Notes under the pieces: generated by a model
Told to the model about the DNA's origin: nothing
Database searches by the model: none
Seen by the model: only the letters and a program-made list of their open reading frames with translations
Translations under genes and position numbers: made by a program
In this document: positions 29,057 through 36,279 of the stretch, piece by piece
How positions within the stretch are numbered: position 1 is the first letter of the stretch
Layout: the number at the start of each line of letters is the position of its first letter
NCBI GenBank assembly: GCA_963675155.1
Contig: OY775912.1
Coordinates: 296,058-360,057, forward strand
Direction of reading: 5' to 3'
DNA: 64,000 nucleotides
DNA from: Anaerohalosphaeraceae bacterium
GTDB lineage: Bacteria > Planctomycetota > Phycisphaerae > Sedimentisphaerales > Anaerohalosphaeraceae

Positions 29057-30649
29057 TTATATATTGTTGATTTCTTTCCATGAAATGCTGAATTTAGCTA
29101 AATATTTCTTTAATCGGTCTGCATCATTGGGCCGGGCCTTTTGTGTTCTGGAGACATTGAAAAGCTGTCGTCCTGCCTCAGATAGACTTTTGGCTTTTGA
29201 ACATACTTTTATGACATGAGCCAGTTGCGGCCTGTCAAATTCGTCAATTTTAGCCAGTCTTTCTTTTCCGAGGAGTTTTTCCAAGAGATCGGTATTGTTA
29301 TCTTGTCTGGCCGATTGCCAGGATTTAAGGAGTCTCTGGATTTCTTCTTCCACAATATCTTCGCAGATTCGGCCTCCGGGGGCCAGTGTGGCCATGCGGG
29401 TAATCGCCCCGATCAGATCACGGAAATTCGATTTCCACATTGCTTGGCCCGACGTACTGAATGACAGGAAGCGTCTTTGAGCTTCTTTATTAAATCTGAC
29501 ATGCGTGCCGGCTTTACTGGCGTATTGATCCAGTTCGTACTGGATATTAGGCTCGATGTCTTCGCGGCGATCCTTCAAACCCGGCAGGTGAAACGTCCAC
29601 AGGTTGATTCTGGCCAGCAGGTCTTCGCGGAATTGCCCGGAATTGATATTGGCCTGTAAATCTCTATTGGTCCCACAGATCAGCTGAAAGTCGCTGCTGA
29701 CCTCTTTGTCAGATCCAACGGGCAGGAATTTCTTTTCTTCGATGGCTCGAAGCAGCATCGATTGCTCCTCAATGCCCAGTTCGCCAACTTCATCGAGGAA
29801 TAGAATACCGCCATCGGCTGTTTTTAAGAGACCCTCTCTGGCCTGTACAGCACCTGTAAACGCTCCTTTTGTATGCCCAAAGAGGGCTGACATCGCTGCG
29901 TCACCCCGAATGGTTGCACAGTTGACCTCTACAAAATCCCCTCTGAGTTTTTTGTGCGTCTTTTTAAGCTCAAAGATTCGTTGGGCTAGCTGGGATTTAC
30001 CGGCTCCGGTAGGTCCCATGAGCAGAATAGGATCTGTTGTCCGGGCTCCAACATGCTCGATCCGTTCAATCAGGGCATTGAAATTCTTATTCTTTGTTTG
30101 GATACCGGATTTTAAAAATGAGATATCGTCACACAACTGCTGCTTGAACCGCATCGCGATTCGGTCATACTTGGACAGGTCTAAATCGATAATTTGATAA
30201 CTGCCCGGTCCCTGATCTGTTTCTCGTTTTGGAGGGCTTGTTTGCAGCAGTCTGCCGGGGAAGTAGCGAGATTCGGTTAACAGGAACTCGCATATCTGAG
30301 AAACGTGTGTCCCTGTTGTGATATGGACTAAATACTCTTCATGGTCAGGGTCAAAGTCATAGTCTTTCGAAAAGTCATGGAGGACGCCGTACACCTCCTG
30401 GAAGTCCCAGGGATTATCCCAGTCAATGACATGAGGGACCACCTTTGTTTCCGGGGAAACAAGACCGATGTCTTTGATCACGCTTTTAGCGATCTTCTCG
30501 AATTTCCGTTGAAAGAGTAATTCAAAACGATCGACCAGCAGTTCTTCGTGTTGGCAGATTGAGACCGTTGGCCGCCAGAAGTTCCAGCGATCCGGTCCTT
30601 GCCCGCGGTCGAGATTAGGCCCCAACAATCCGATGACTACATTCTTCAT
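29057..30649 (-). CDS. rtcR: RtcR: sigma-54-dependent transcriptional activator with N-terminal CARF-like domain
   Basis: AAA+ sigma-54 interaction domain with GAFTGA (HTKGAFTGA), Walker A GPTGAGKS, ILFLDEVGEL. Long N-terminal non-receiver domain typical of RtcR CARF. Divergent from the rtcA/rtcB block. Confidence 0.85.
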   Translation of the reverse strand: MKNVVIGLLGPNLDRGQGPDRWNFWRPTVSICQHEELLVDRFELLFQRKFEKIAKSVIKDIGLVSPETKVVPHVIDWDNPWDFQEVYGVLHDFSKDYDFDPDHEEYLVHITTGTHVSQICEFLLTESRYFPGRLLQTSPPKRETDQGPGSYQIIDLDLSKYDRIAMRFKQQLCDDISFLKSGIQTKNKNFNALIERIEHVGARTTDPILLMGPTGAGKSQLAQRIFELKKTHKKLRGDFVEVNCATIRGDAAMSALFGHTKGAFTGAVQAREGLLKTADGGILFLDEVGELGIEEQSMLLRAIEEKKFLPVGSDKEVSSDFQLICGTNRDLQANINSGQFREDLLARINLWTFHLPGLKDRREDIEPNIQYELDQYASKAGTHVRFNKEAQRRFLSFSTSGQAMWKSNFRDLIGAITRMATLAPGGRICEDIVEEEIQRLLKSWQSARQDNNTDLLEKLLGKERLAKIDEFDRPQLAHVIKVCSKAKSLSEAGRQLFNVSRTQKARPNDADRLKKYLAKFSISWKEINNI

Positions 30650-30786
30650 GGTATATATATCCGTATATAGAATTATAATATATTATAAGTATAAGTGTCG
30701 GCTCATTTATGGTCAATGCTTAATTGATAATTTTTATGCCATTCTAAATAAAGGAGTTATGTTCATTTTTGCTTTTATTTAAAAGT

Positions 30787-30802
30787 CTGGCACGCAGGTT
30801 GT
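30787..30802 (+). promoter_or_regulatory. sigma-54 (-24/-12)-type promoter candidate, oriented toward the tRNA-like element / SPFH / tRNA array / rtcAB
   Basis: TGGCACG-CAGG-TTGTA versus consensus TGGCACG-N4-TTGCW; the -12 element is GT instead of GC. Lies ~140 bp from the rtcR start, on the opposite strand. Confidence 0.45.
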
Positions 30803-31000
30803 ACATAGTAGATCAAGTAATTAACGCTCTTATGAAAATTAAAGATGAAGTTTCCGCCGGGCCAGCGGCATACCAGTGACAGCCATGCTGTTTCATTGCG
30901 TATGTACCGTGAGTGGGTTCTAACGAAGGTGGAACTATTCGAGCGGCGAGAATTGGAAAATGCGACCAATGTCAATTCTTTCGATTCCCGCATCGGATCC

Positions 31001-31085
31001 CAATGGTTAGCTCAGAGGGTAGAGCATCGGGCCGTTAACCCGAAGTCGTGGGTTCGATTCCCACACCGACCGCCGCGAGAGCGGC
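31001..31085 (+). ncRNA. tRNA-like element with canonical D-arm, anticodon arm (GTT, Asn-type) and T-arm but no good 7-bp acceptor stem, followed by a GNRA-capped hairpin
   Basis: TAGCTCAGAGGGTAGAGC D-arm. TCGGG-CCGTTAA-CCCGA anticodon arm. GTGGG-TTCGATT-CCCAC T-arm. The 5' strand CAATGGT pairs only 4/7 with the 3' strand ACCGACC. Then GCCGC-GAGA-GCGGC. Confidence 0.4.
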
Positions 31086-31448
31086 TCAAAGAAGGGCTCG
31101 AAGGAAACATTTGGTCTATCTGGCAGTTGACAGGTTTTTCTGACTCACCTCGTTGGCCTGTCAACACCATTTGTAAACGCTCTGCAGTATGCGGATACCG
31201 CTTACTTCTGGCCAAGAGCAAAGACGTCGATGACGAACAAGCAATGACGGATTTCGCTGGTAATAGGAAATCTGAAATTGCGACCTTCCGAATCGCCTCT
31301 TACCTTGTTCAAAGTGAACTTAAGCATGCTCCGCGTGAAAGATGGGGCAATAGTCAAATGTTTCCTGAAAGCCTCTTATGACAAATGCCCGGCGATAAAT
31401 GAAAGAATAAATACAAGGTGAGAAAATAGAATAAAAAGGAGAATTAAA

Positions 31449-32552
31449 ATGAGTATTAAAACGATCAAAATCCATTCGTATGAAAAGGGATTCCACTTCC
31501 GTAACGGTGAGCTGATTGGTTTGCTGGACGAAGGTCGCCACTGGTTTCTGAAACCTGTTGCGAAGGACCAGGTTTATGTATCAAACCTGCGAGATCCTTG
31601 GATTCGCCATAACGACCTTGACTTGATTGTTAAGTCCGGCGTTTTGGAAGGCAAGGCTCAGGTTCTGGACCTTCAGGACTTCCAACGCGGGTTGGTCTGG
31701 GTGGATGGTCGTTTTGAAGCGATTGTGTCCGGCGGAATCTATGCGATCTGGACGACGCATCGTGCCGTGAAAGTGGAAATCATTGATGCACGGGACGTTC
31801 GGTTTAACCACCGTGACATCAGCGTTATCCTGAAATCCTCAGGTGCCAAAGAGCTTTTGGATGAGAACACCGTCGCTGAAGATCACGTGGGTGTTTACTT
31901 CCAGAATGGCCGCTATGTGGAAACGCTGGATGCCGGGCGCTATGTGTTCTGGAAAGGCATTGAGAAAGTACATGTTTTTCAGGTGGATCTGTCCGAGTTG
32001 TCTTTGGATATCTCCGGCCAGGAAATCATGACGGCGGATAAAGTGACTTTGCGTATGAATGCGGTGGTTGCTTACACCGTTCAGGATGCTGAAAAGGCCG
32101 TTCGTTCGACAACGGATGTCAAGCAGTCGCTGTACCGCGAAACTCAGTTGGCCTTGCGAGCGATTGTTGGGTCACGTCAGCTGGATGAATTGCTGGCTGA
32201 TAAGGATGCTCTGGCTGATGAACTACAAGGTCAGATTGCAGAGCGAGCCGAGTCATTCGGTTTGAAGCTGACAGCTCTGGGAATTCGAGATGTGATCCTG
32301 CCCGGTGAAATGAAGAATCTGTTGAATAAGGTGACTGAGGCTAAAAAGGCGGCAGAAGCGAACCTGATTGCTCGCAGAGAAGAGACCGCCGCGATGCGTT
32401 CTCAGGCAAACACAGCCAAGTTGCTGGAAAACAACCCTGTATTGATGCGGCTGCGTGAACTGGAAGTACTGGAAAACATCTCAACCAATTCCAAGTTGAA
32501 TGTGGTGCTGGGTGAAAAAGGGCTGGCCGATAGAGTGGTCAACCTGTTGTAG
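31449..32552 (+). CDS. SPFH/band-7 (stomatin/flotillin-like) domain protein
   Basis: SPFH-like core (LRMNAVVAYTVQDAEKAVRSTTDVKQSLYRETQLALRAIVGSRQLDELLADKDALADEL...LKLTALGIRDVILPGEM) and coiled-coil tail. RBS aaaaaggag. Confidence 0.7.
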   Translation: MSIKTIKIHSYEKGFHFRNGELIGLLDEGRHWFLKPVAKDQVYVSNLRDPWIRHNDLDLIVKSGVLEGKAQVLDLQDFQRGLVWVDGRFEAIVSGGIYAIWTTHRAVKVEIIDARDVRFNHRDISVILKSSGAKELLDENTVAEDHVGVYFQNGRYVETLDAGRYVFWKGIEKVHVFQVDLSELSLDISGQEIMTADKVTLRMNAVVAYTVQDAEKAVRSTTDVKQSLYRETQLALRAIVGSRQLDELLADKDALADELQGQIAERAESFGLKLTALGIRDVILPGEMKNLLNKVTEAKKAAEANLIARREETAAMRSQANTAKLLENNPVLMRLRELEVLENISTNSKLNVVLGEKGLADRVVNLL

Positions 32553-32618
32553 GCGGCAGAAGAAGGGGCAGGCCGGAAGTTTCACCGGTCTGTCCCGCGC
32601 AAAAAAGTAAAGGTTGAA

Positions 32619-32692
32619 TGCTCCGTGGCCCAACTGGAAGAGGCAGCGGGTTTTGAACCCGTTCGTTGCAGGTTCGATTCCTGCCGGAGCTG
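32619..32692 (+). tRNA. tRNA-Gln (anticodon TTG)
   Basis: Manual fold: acceptor TGCTCCG/CGGAGCT (U1.U72 mismatch). Anticodon arm GCGGG-TTTTGAA-CCCGT. T-arm GCAGG-TTCGATT-CCTGC. Confidence 0.65.
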
Positions 32693-32697
32693 AATGA

Positions 32698-32772
32698 CTG
32701 GATGTAGGGCAGCCTGGGTAGCCTACTCGCCTTGGAAGCAAGACGTCGTTGGTTCGAATCCAACCATCCAGA
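32698..32772 (+). tRNA. tRNA-Pro (anticodon TGG)
   Basis: Acceptor CTGGATG/CATCCAG perfect. D-arm GGGCAGCCTGGGTAGCCT. Anticodon loop CTTGGAA. T-arm GTTGG-TTCGAAT-CCAAC. Confidence 0.7.
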
Positions 32773-32774
32773 CT

Positions 32775-32847
32775 GTGACCGTAGCTTAATTGGTAAAGCA
32801 CCAGATTGTGATTCTGGGGAGTACGGGTTCGAGTCCCGCCGGTCACC
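32775..32847 (+). tRNA. tRNA-His (anticodon GTG); no encoded G-1
   Basis: Acceptor GTGACCG/CGGTCAC, discriminator C. Anticodon arm CCAGA-TTGTGAT-TCTGG. T-arm ACGGG-TTCGAGT-CCCGC. The nucleotide at -1 is T. Confidence 0.65.
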
Positions 32848-32867
32848 CTTTGAAAAGAGAATGTTGA

Positions 32868-32938
32868 GCGTTGACGGTATAATGGCAACATACGGGCTTG
32901 CCAAGTCTGTGATGGGAGTTCGAATCTCCCTCGACGCA
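32868..32938 (+). tRNA. tRNA-Gly (anticodon GCC)
   Basis: Acceptor GCGTTGA/TCGACGC. Anticodon loop TTGCCAA; the anticodon stem has two G-U pairs. T-arm GGGAG-TTCGAAT-CTCCC. Confidence 0.6.
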
Positions 32939-32941
32939 ATC

Positions 32942-33012
32942 GGCCTCGTCGTCTAGTGGCAGGACACCAGATTTTCGATCTGTGAACGTGAGTTTGATTC
33001 TCACCGAGGCTA
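32942..33012 (+). tRNA. tRNA-Glu (anticodon TTC)
   Basis: D-arm TCGTCTAGTGGCAGGAC typical of tRNA-Glu. Anticodon loop TTTTCGA. T-arm GTGAG-TTTGATT-CTCAC. Acceptor GGCCTCG/CGAGGCT (G1.U72). Confidence 0.6.
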
Positions 33013-33018
33013 TTAATC

Positions 33019-33092
33019 GGCTCTGTAGCCCAATTGGCAGAGGCGGCGGACTTAGAATCCGCTCAGTGTAGGTTCGACTCCTACCGGGGCTA
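33019..33092 (+). tRNA. atypical tRNA: Gln-like body with anticodon TAG (would read CUA Leu codons) and a short class-I variable loop
   Basis: D-arm GCCCAATTGGCAGAGGC and T-arm GTAGG-TTCGACT-CCTAC closely resemble the tRNA-Gln at 32619. Anticodon arm GCGGA-CTTAGAA-TCCGC. 5-nt variable loop, unlike class-II tRNA-Leu. Acceptor has three G-U pairs. Confidence 0.45.
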
Positions 33093-33097
33093 GTAAA

Positions 33098-33169
33098 GGA
33101 ACGGTAGCTGAGATGGTTTAGCGAAAGCCTGAAAAGGTTCAGACGTTGGTTCGAACCCATCCCGTTCCA
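33098..33169 (+). tRNA. tRNA-Phe-like (anticodon GAA) with weak anticodon stem and one T-stem mismatch; possibly a pseudo-tRNA
   Basis: Acceptor GGAACGG/CCGTTCC perfect. Loop CTGAAAA. The anticodon stem AAAGC/GGTTC has only 3 Watson-Crick pairs. Confidence 0.45.
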
Positions 33170-33254
33170 CTTAATGGAAATATAATTTGAATAACCTAAT
33201 TAAGATGGATACAATCTCATAGACAACAATAAAGGAGTTTAAAGGAATACAGCA

Positions 33255-34274
33255 ATGATTACGATTGATGGATCATTTGGAGAAGGTGGCGGACAAATTC
33301 TTCGCAGCAGCGTGGCATTGTCGCTGATTACCGGGAAACCATTTCAAATCGAGAATATTCGAGCCGGACGTAAAAAGCCCGGTTTGATGCGGCAGCACTT
33401 AACCGCAGTTAATGCGGCCGTTGAAGTGGGTGCCGCTGATGTGAGCGGTAATGCGATTGGATCGCAGAGCTTGACCTTCGCACCGAAAGCAATTAATGCG
33501 GGTACTTACAAGTTTGCGGTTGGGACTGCAGGCAGCACAACGCTTGTGCTGCAAACAATTCTGCCAGCTTTGCTGATTGCTGATAAACCCTCTGAGATTA
33601 CATTGGAAGGTGGAACACACAATCCGTTTGCTCCGCCATTCAGCTTCCTGGAAAAGGTGTTCGTTCCTGTTCTGAATAAAATGGGACCTGAGATCAGCCT
33701 GGACCTTCAACGCCCGGGTTTTTATCCTGCCGGTGGTGGATGCTTTACGGTCAAGATTCAACCTAAAGCGAAGTTGGACAGAATTGACATCATCGAGCGA
33801 GGTGAGATTGTCAGCCGATCTGCTAAGGCCTATGTGGCTTATCTGTCGGAGAAAATCGCCAGCCGGGAACTGAGAGTGATACGGAACAAGCTTTCGTGGG
33901 ACGAAAAGGACACGGAGATTATCAAAGTACGGGATTCAAATGGTCCGGGTAATATCGTGACGGCAGAGATTCAAAGTGAGAATATTACTGAGCTATTTAC
34001 TGGTTTTGGAATGAAGGGTTTGCCTGCGGGTAAAGTGCCGCTGGGGATGGTCGATGAAGCTCGGGAGTACTTGGCCGCAGGGGTTCCTGTGGCAAGACAC
34101 CTGGCCGATCAGTTGATGATTCCGATGGCCATGGCTGGCGGTGGAACGTTTAGAACGCTGCCGTTGACGCTGCATTCGACGACGAATATCGAGATTCTGA
34201 AAAAGTTCTTGGATGTTCAGGTTGAAGTCACCAAACTGGAAAAAGATTTTTATGAAATCAATATCATCGCGTGA
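33255..34274 (+). CDS. rtcA: RNA 3'-terminal phosphate cyclase RtcA
   Basis: N-terminus ITIDGSFGEGGGQILRSSVALSLITGKPFQIENIRAGR, typical of RtcA. ~339 aa. RBS aaaggag. Confidence 0.9.
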   Translation: MITIDGSFGEGGGQILRSSVALSLITGKPFQIENIRAGRKKPGLMRQHLTAVNAAVEVGAADVSGNAIGSQSLTFAPKAINAGTYKFAVGTAGSTTLVLQTILPALLIADKPSEITLEGGTHNPFAPPFSFLEKVFVPVLNKMGPEISLDLQRPGFYPAGGGCFTVKIQPKAKLDRIDIIERGEIVSRSAKAYVAYLSEKIASRELRVIRNKLSWDEKDTEIIKVRDSNGPGNIVTAEIQSENITELFTGFGMKGLPAGKVPLGMVDEAREYLAAGVPVARHLADQLMIPMAMAGGGTFRTLPLTLHSTTNIEILKKFLDVQVEVTKLEKDFYEINIIA

Positions 34275-35704
34275 TGATTGACGATGGAGATAATGAAATG
34301 AAAACACGACAATTAGCGAATCTTGGAATCCCTCGCGGGGAAACCATGAAGATGACTCAGGACGCGATTAAGCAATGGCTTCAATCGTATGACGGCTATC
34401 TGAATAATGCGGCGATCTGCCAGAAGATCAATGACCTGGCCAAGAATCCATCTGAATATCTGGAAGATGAGCACTTTGGTCAAATTGCTAAAATACTGAA
34501 TGAAAGCAAGGAGGCACGAGCGACTTATGTCGATCGCCCAGAGCCGGCTTACTACCAGCGGTGGGGTTCGGATCTGGAAGATAAGGCGATTGAGCAGATG
34601 GAAAATGCGTGCAAACTGCCGATTTCCATTTGTGGTGCCTTGATGCCGGATGCTCATGTGGGTTATGGCTTGCCGATCGGCGGCGTTCTGGCAACTCAAG
34701 ATGCGGTTATCCCATACGCCGTTGGGATGGACATTGCCTGCCGTATGAAAATGACGGTGTTGGATTTGCCGGTTAATGCGTTGACGGGACAAGCGGATCG
34801 TTTGAAAAATGCTCTTGAGACTGAAACGCGTTTTGGTGTTGGGGCATCGTTCAAAAAATACCGTGAACATGACGTGATGGATGAAGACTGGTCGTTTAGC
34901 CCGATTGTTAATCGATTTAAGGACAAAGCCTGGAGTCAGCTTGGAACCAGCGGAAGCGGAAACCATTTTGCCGAATTTGGAACATTGATGCTGGATCAGG
35001 ATGATCTTGGGCTTAAGGCCGGGACTTATCTAGCCTTGCTGAGTCATAGTGGAAGCCGGGGGATTGGAAACGAAATCGCTACGTACTTCAGCAAGCTGGC
35101 AGTCCAGAAGCATCCGGAATTGCCAAAAGAGCTGATGCATCTGTCATGGTTGGATACCGATAGTGCCGAGGGCCAGGAATACTGGCAGGCGATGGAACTG
35201 ATGGGACGCTATGCGGCGGCCAATCATAAGCTGATCCATCGGCATATTGCCAAAAACCTGAACGTTAAGGTGCTTTTGGATGTGGAAAACCACCATAACT
35301 TTGCCTGGAAAGAAGTGCATGACGGGCAGGAAGTAATTGTTCACCGTAAGGGTGCGACGCCTGCCGATGACGGTGCGCTTGGAATTATTCCCGGATCAAT
35401 GGGGACATCCGGCTATGTGGTTCGCGGAAAAGGTAAGCCCGAATCGCTAAACTCTGCTTCTCATGGAGCAGGCCGGAAGATGAGCCGTAAGAAAGCCAAA
35501 GAGACATTTACCTGGCATGATGCCAAGAAATTTCTCAAGGATCGCGGTGTTCAGCTGATCTCTGCAGGACTGGATGAGGTCCCAATGGCGTATAAAGATA
35601 TCGAGGAAGTGATGGCTGCTCAGAATGATCTGGTTCAGCCAATCGCTCGCTTCGATCCAAAAATCGTAAAAATGGCCCCAGCCGGAGAAAGACCGGAGGA
35701 TTAA
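34271..35704 (+). CDS. rtcB: RNA-splicing ligase RtcB (3'-phosphate/5'-hydroxyl RNA ligase); the called ORF has an N-terminal extension
   Basis: RtcB blocks (MPDAHVGYGLPIGGV, HNFAWKEVHDGQEVIVHRKGATPA, IIPGSMGTSGYVVRG, SASHGAGR). Start overlaps the rtcA stop (ATGA). Confidence 0.9.
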   Translation: MMIDDGDNEMKTRQLANLGIPRGETMKMTQDAIKQWLQSYDGYLNNAAICQKINDLAKNPSEYLEDEHFGQIAKILNESKEARATYVDRPEPAYYQRWGSDLEDKAIEQMENACKLPISICGALMPDAHVGYGLPIGGVLATQDAVIPYAVGMDIACRMKMTVLDLPVNALTGQADRLKNALETETRFGVGASFKKYREHDVMDEDWSFSPIVNRFKDKAWSQLGTSGSGNHFAEFGTLMLDQDDLGLKAGTYLALLSHSGSRGIGNEIATYFSKLAVQKHPELPKELMHLSWLDTDSAEGQEYWQAMELMGRYAAANHKLIHRHIAKNLNVKVLLDVENHHNFAWKEVHDGQEVIVHRKGATPADDGALGIIPGSMGTSGYVVRGKGKPESLNSASHGAGRKMSRKKAKETFTWHDAKKFLKDRGVQLISAGLDEVPMAYKDIEEVMAAQNDLVQPIARFDPKIVKMAPAGERPED

Positions 35705-35706
35705 CA

Positions 35707-36279
35707 ATGTGTCATTTTCTAACAGCTGTATTATCAGCAGACGCTGATATTGAAAATTGTAGTTTAATTGCAGAGAAATTCCAGCGAATTTTTGAACCTG
35801 TTTCAAATCAACACGTTCAAAAACAGCTGGAACCTAAGATGAAATACTATTGCATGACAAAGGGTAATTGTGATTGCGGCACAATATGGGGCAAGGGGAA
35901 CGGATCTGGAGATATCAAGAAGAAAATGAATCGTAAACTTAAAAAGCTTCGAAATAAAGGATGGTCTGAAGCTAAAATAAAACGATTTATAGAAAGCAAA
36001 AATCAGGCTTCTCAAGGTGATCAAGCAAGTCTCAAGAAACAACATGTAGATTGTGAAACGTTAGCACAGCAATGGATATCATTTGTTTCGGAAATCATTG
36101 ACCAAGGTTTATCAGACTATATGGGGATTCTTCTGCATTGGTACTCCGGAAATCTTGAAAAGGAAAAAGTTGATATCCAGCAAATAGAGAAAATTACGTT
36201 GAGTGAGCTCACCCCAACCTTTATATGGAAAGCCAAAGAAGACGTGCTGTATATCTTTAAGAAAAATAGGGGTGTATAG
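35707..36279 (+). CDS. hypothetical Cys- and Lys-rich protein (unknown family), translationally coupled between rtcB and prfH
   Basis: ATG 3 nt after the rtcB stop. Stop TAG overlaps the GTG start of the next gene (tagtg). CMTKGNCDCG cluster and basic stretch KKKMNRKLKKLRNKGW. Locally lower GC than the neighbours. Confidence 0.5.
   Translation: MCHFLTAVLSADADIENCSLIAEKFQRIFEPVSNQHVQKQLEPKMKYYCMTKGNCDCGTIWGKGNGSGDIKKKMNRKLKKLRNKGWSEAKIKRFIESKNQASQGDQASLKKQHVDCETLAQQWISFVSEIIDQGLSDYMGILLHWYSGNLEKEKVDIQQIEKITLSELTPTFIWKAKEDVLYIFKKNRGV

Noticed and set aside
30981-31002. TCGATTCCCGCATCGGATCCCA resembling a tRNA T-loop / acceptor / CCA 3' fragment, as a possible integrase att remnant
   Set aside because: No matching 5' half or T-stem, no integrase or transposase nearby, and it does not match the 3' end of the adjacent tRNA-like element. 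Noted in finding 3 only.
30845-31381. 178-aa ORF on + strand spanning the rtcR-SPFH intergenic region
   Set aside because: Its translation (…AQRVEHRAVNPKSWVRFPHRPP…) is simply a read-through of the tRNA-like element. No RBS or conserved features; treated as an artefact.
32481-33160. Minus-strand ORFs 32481..32939, 32539..32904 and 32843..33160, plus 31012..31221
   Set aside because: They contain GIEPAT / RTRT / GNRTHD / RDSNPY type peptides, the hallmark of reverse-complement translation of tRNA genes; the tRNA array explains this region.
33174-33190. Sigma-54-like TGGAAATATAATTTGAA just upstream of rtcA
   Set aside because: The GG-to-TTG spacing is off by one and the -12 GC is missing; the 30787..30802 site is far better.
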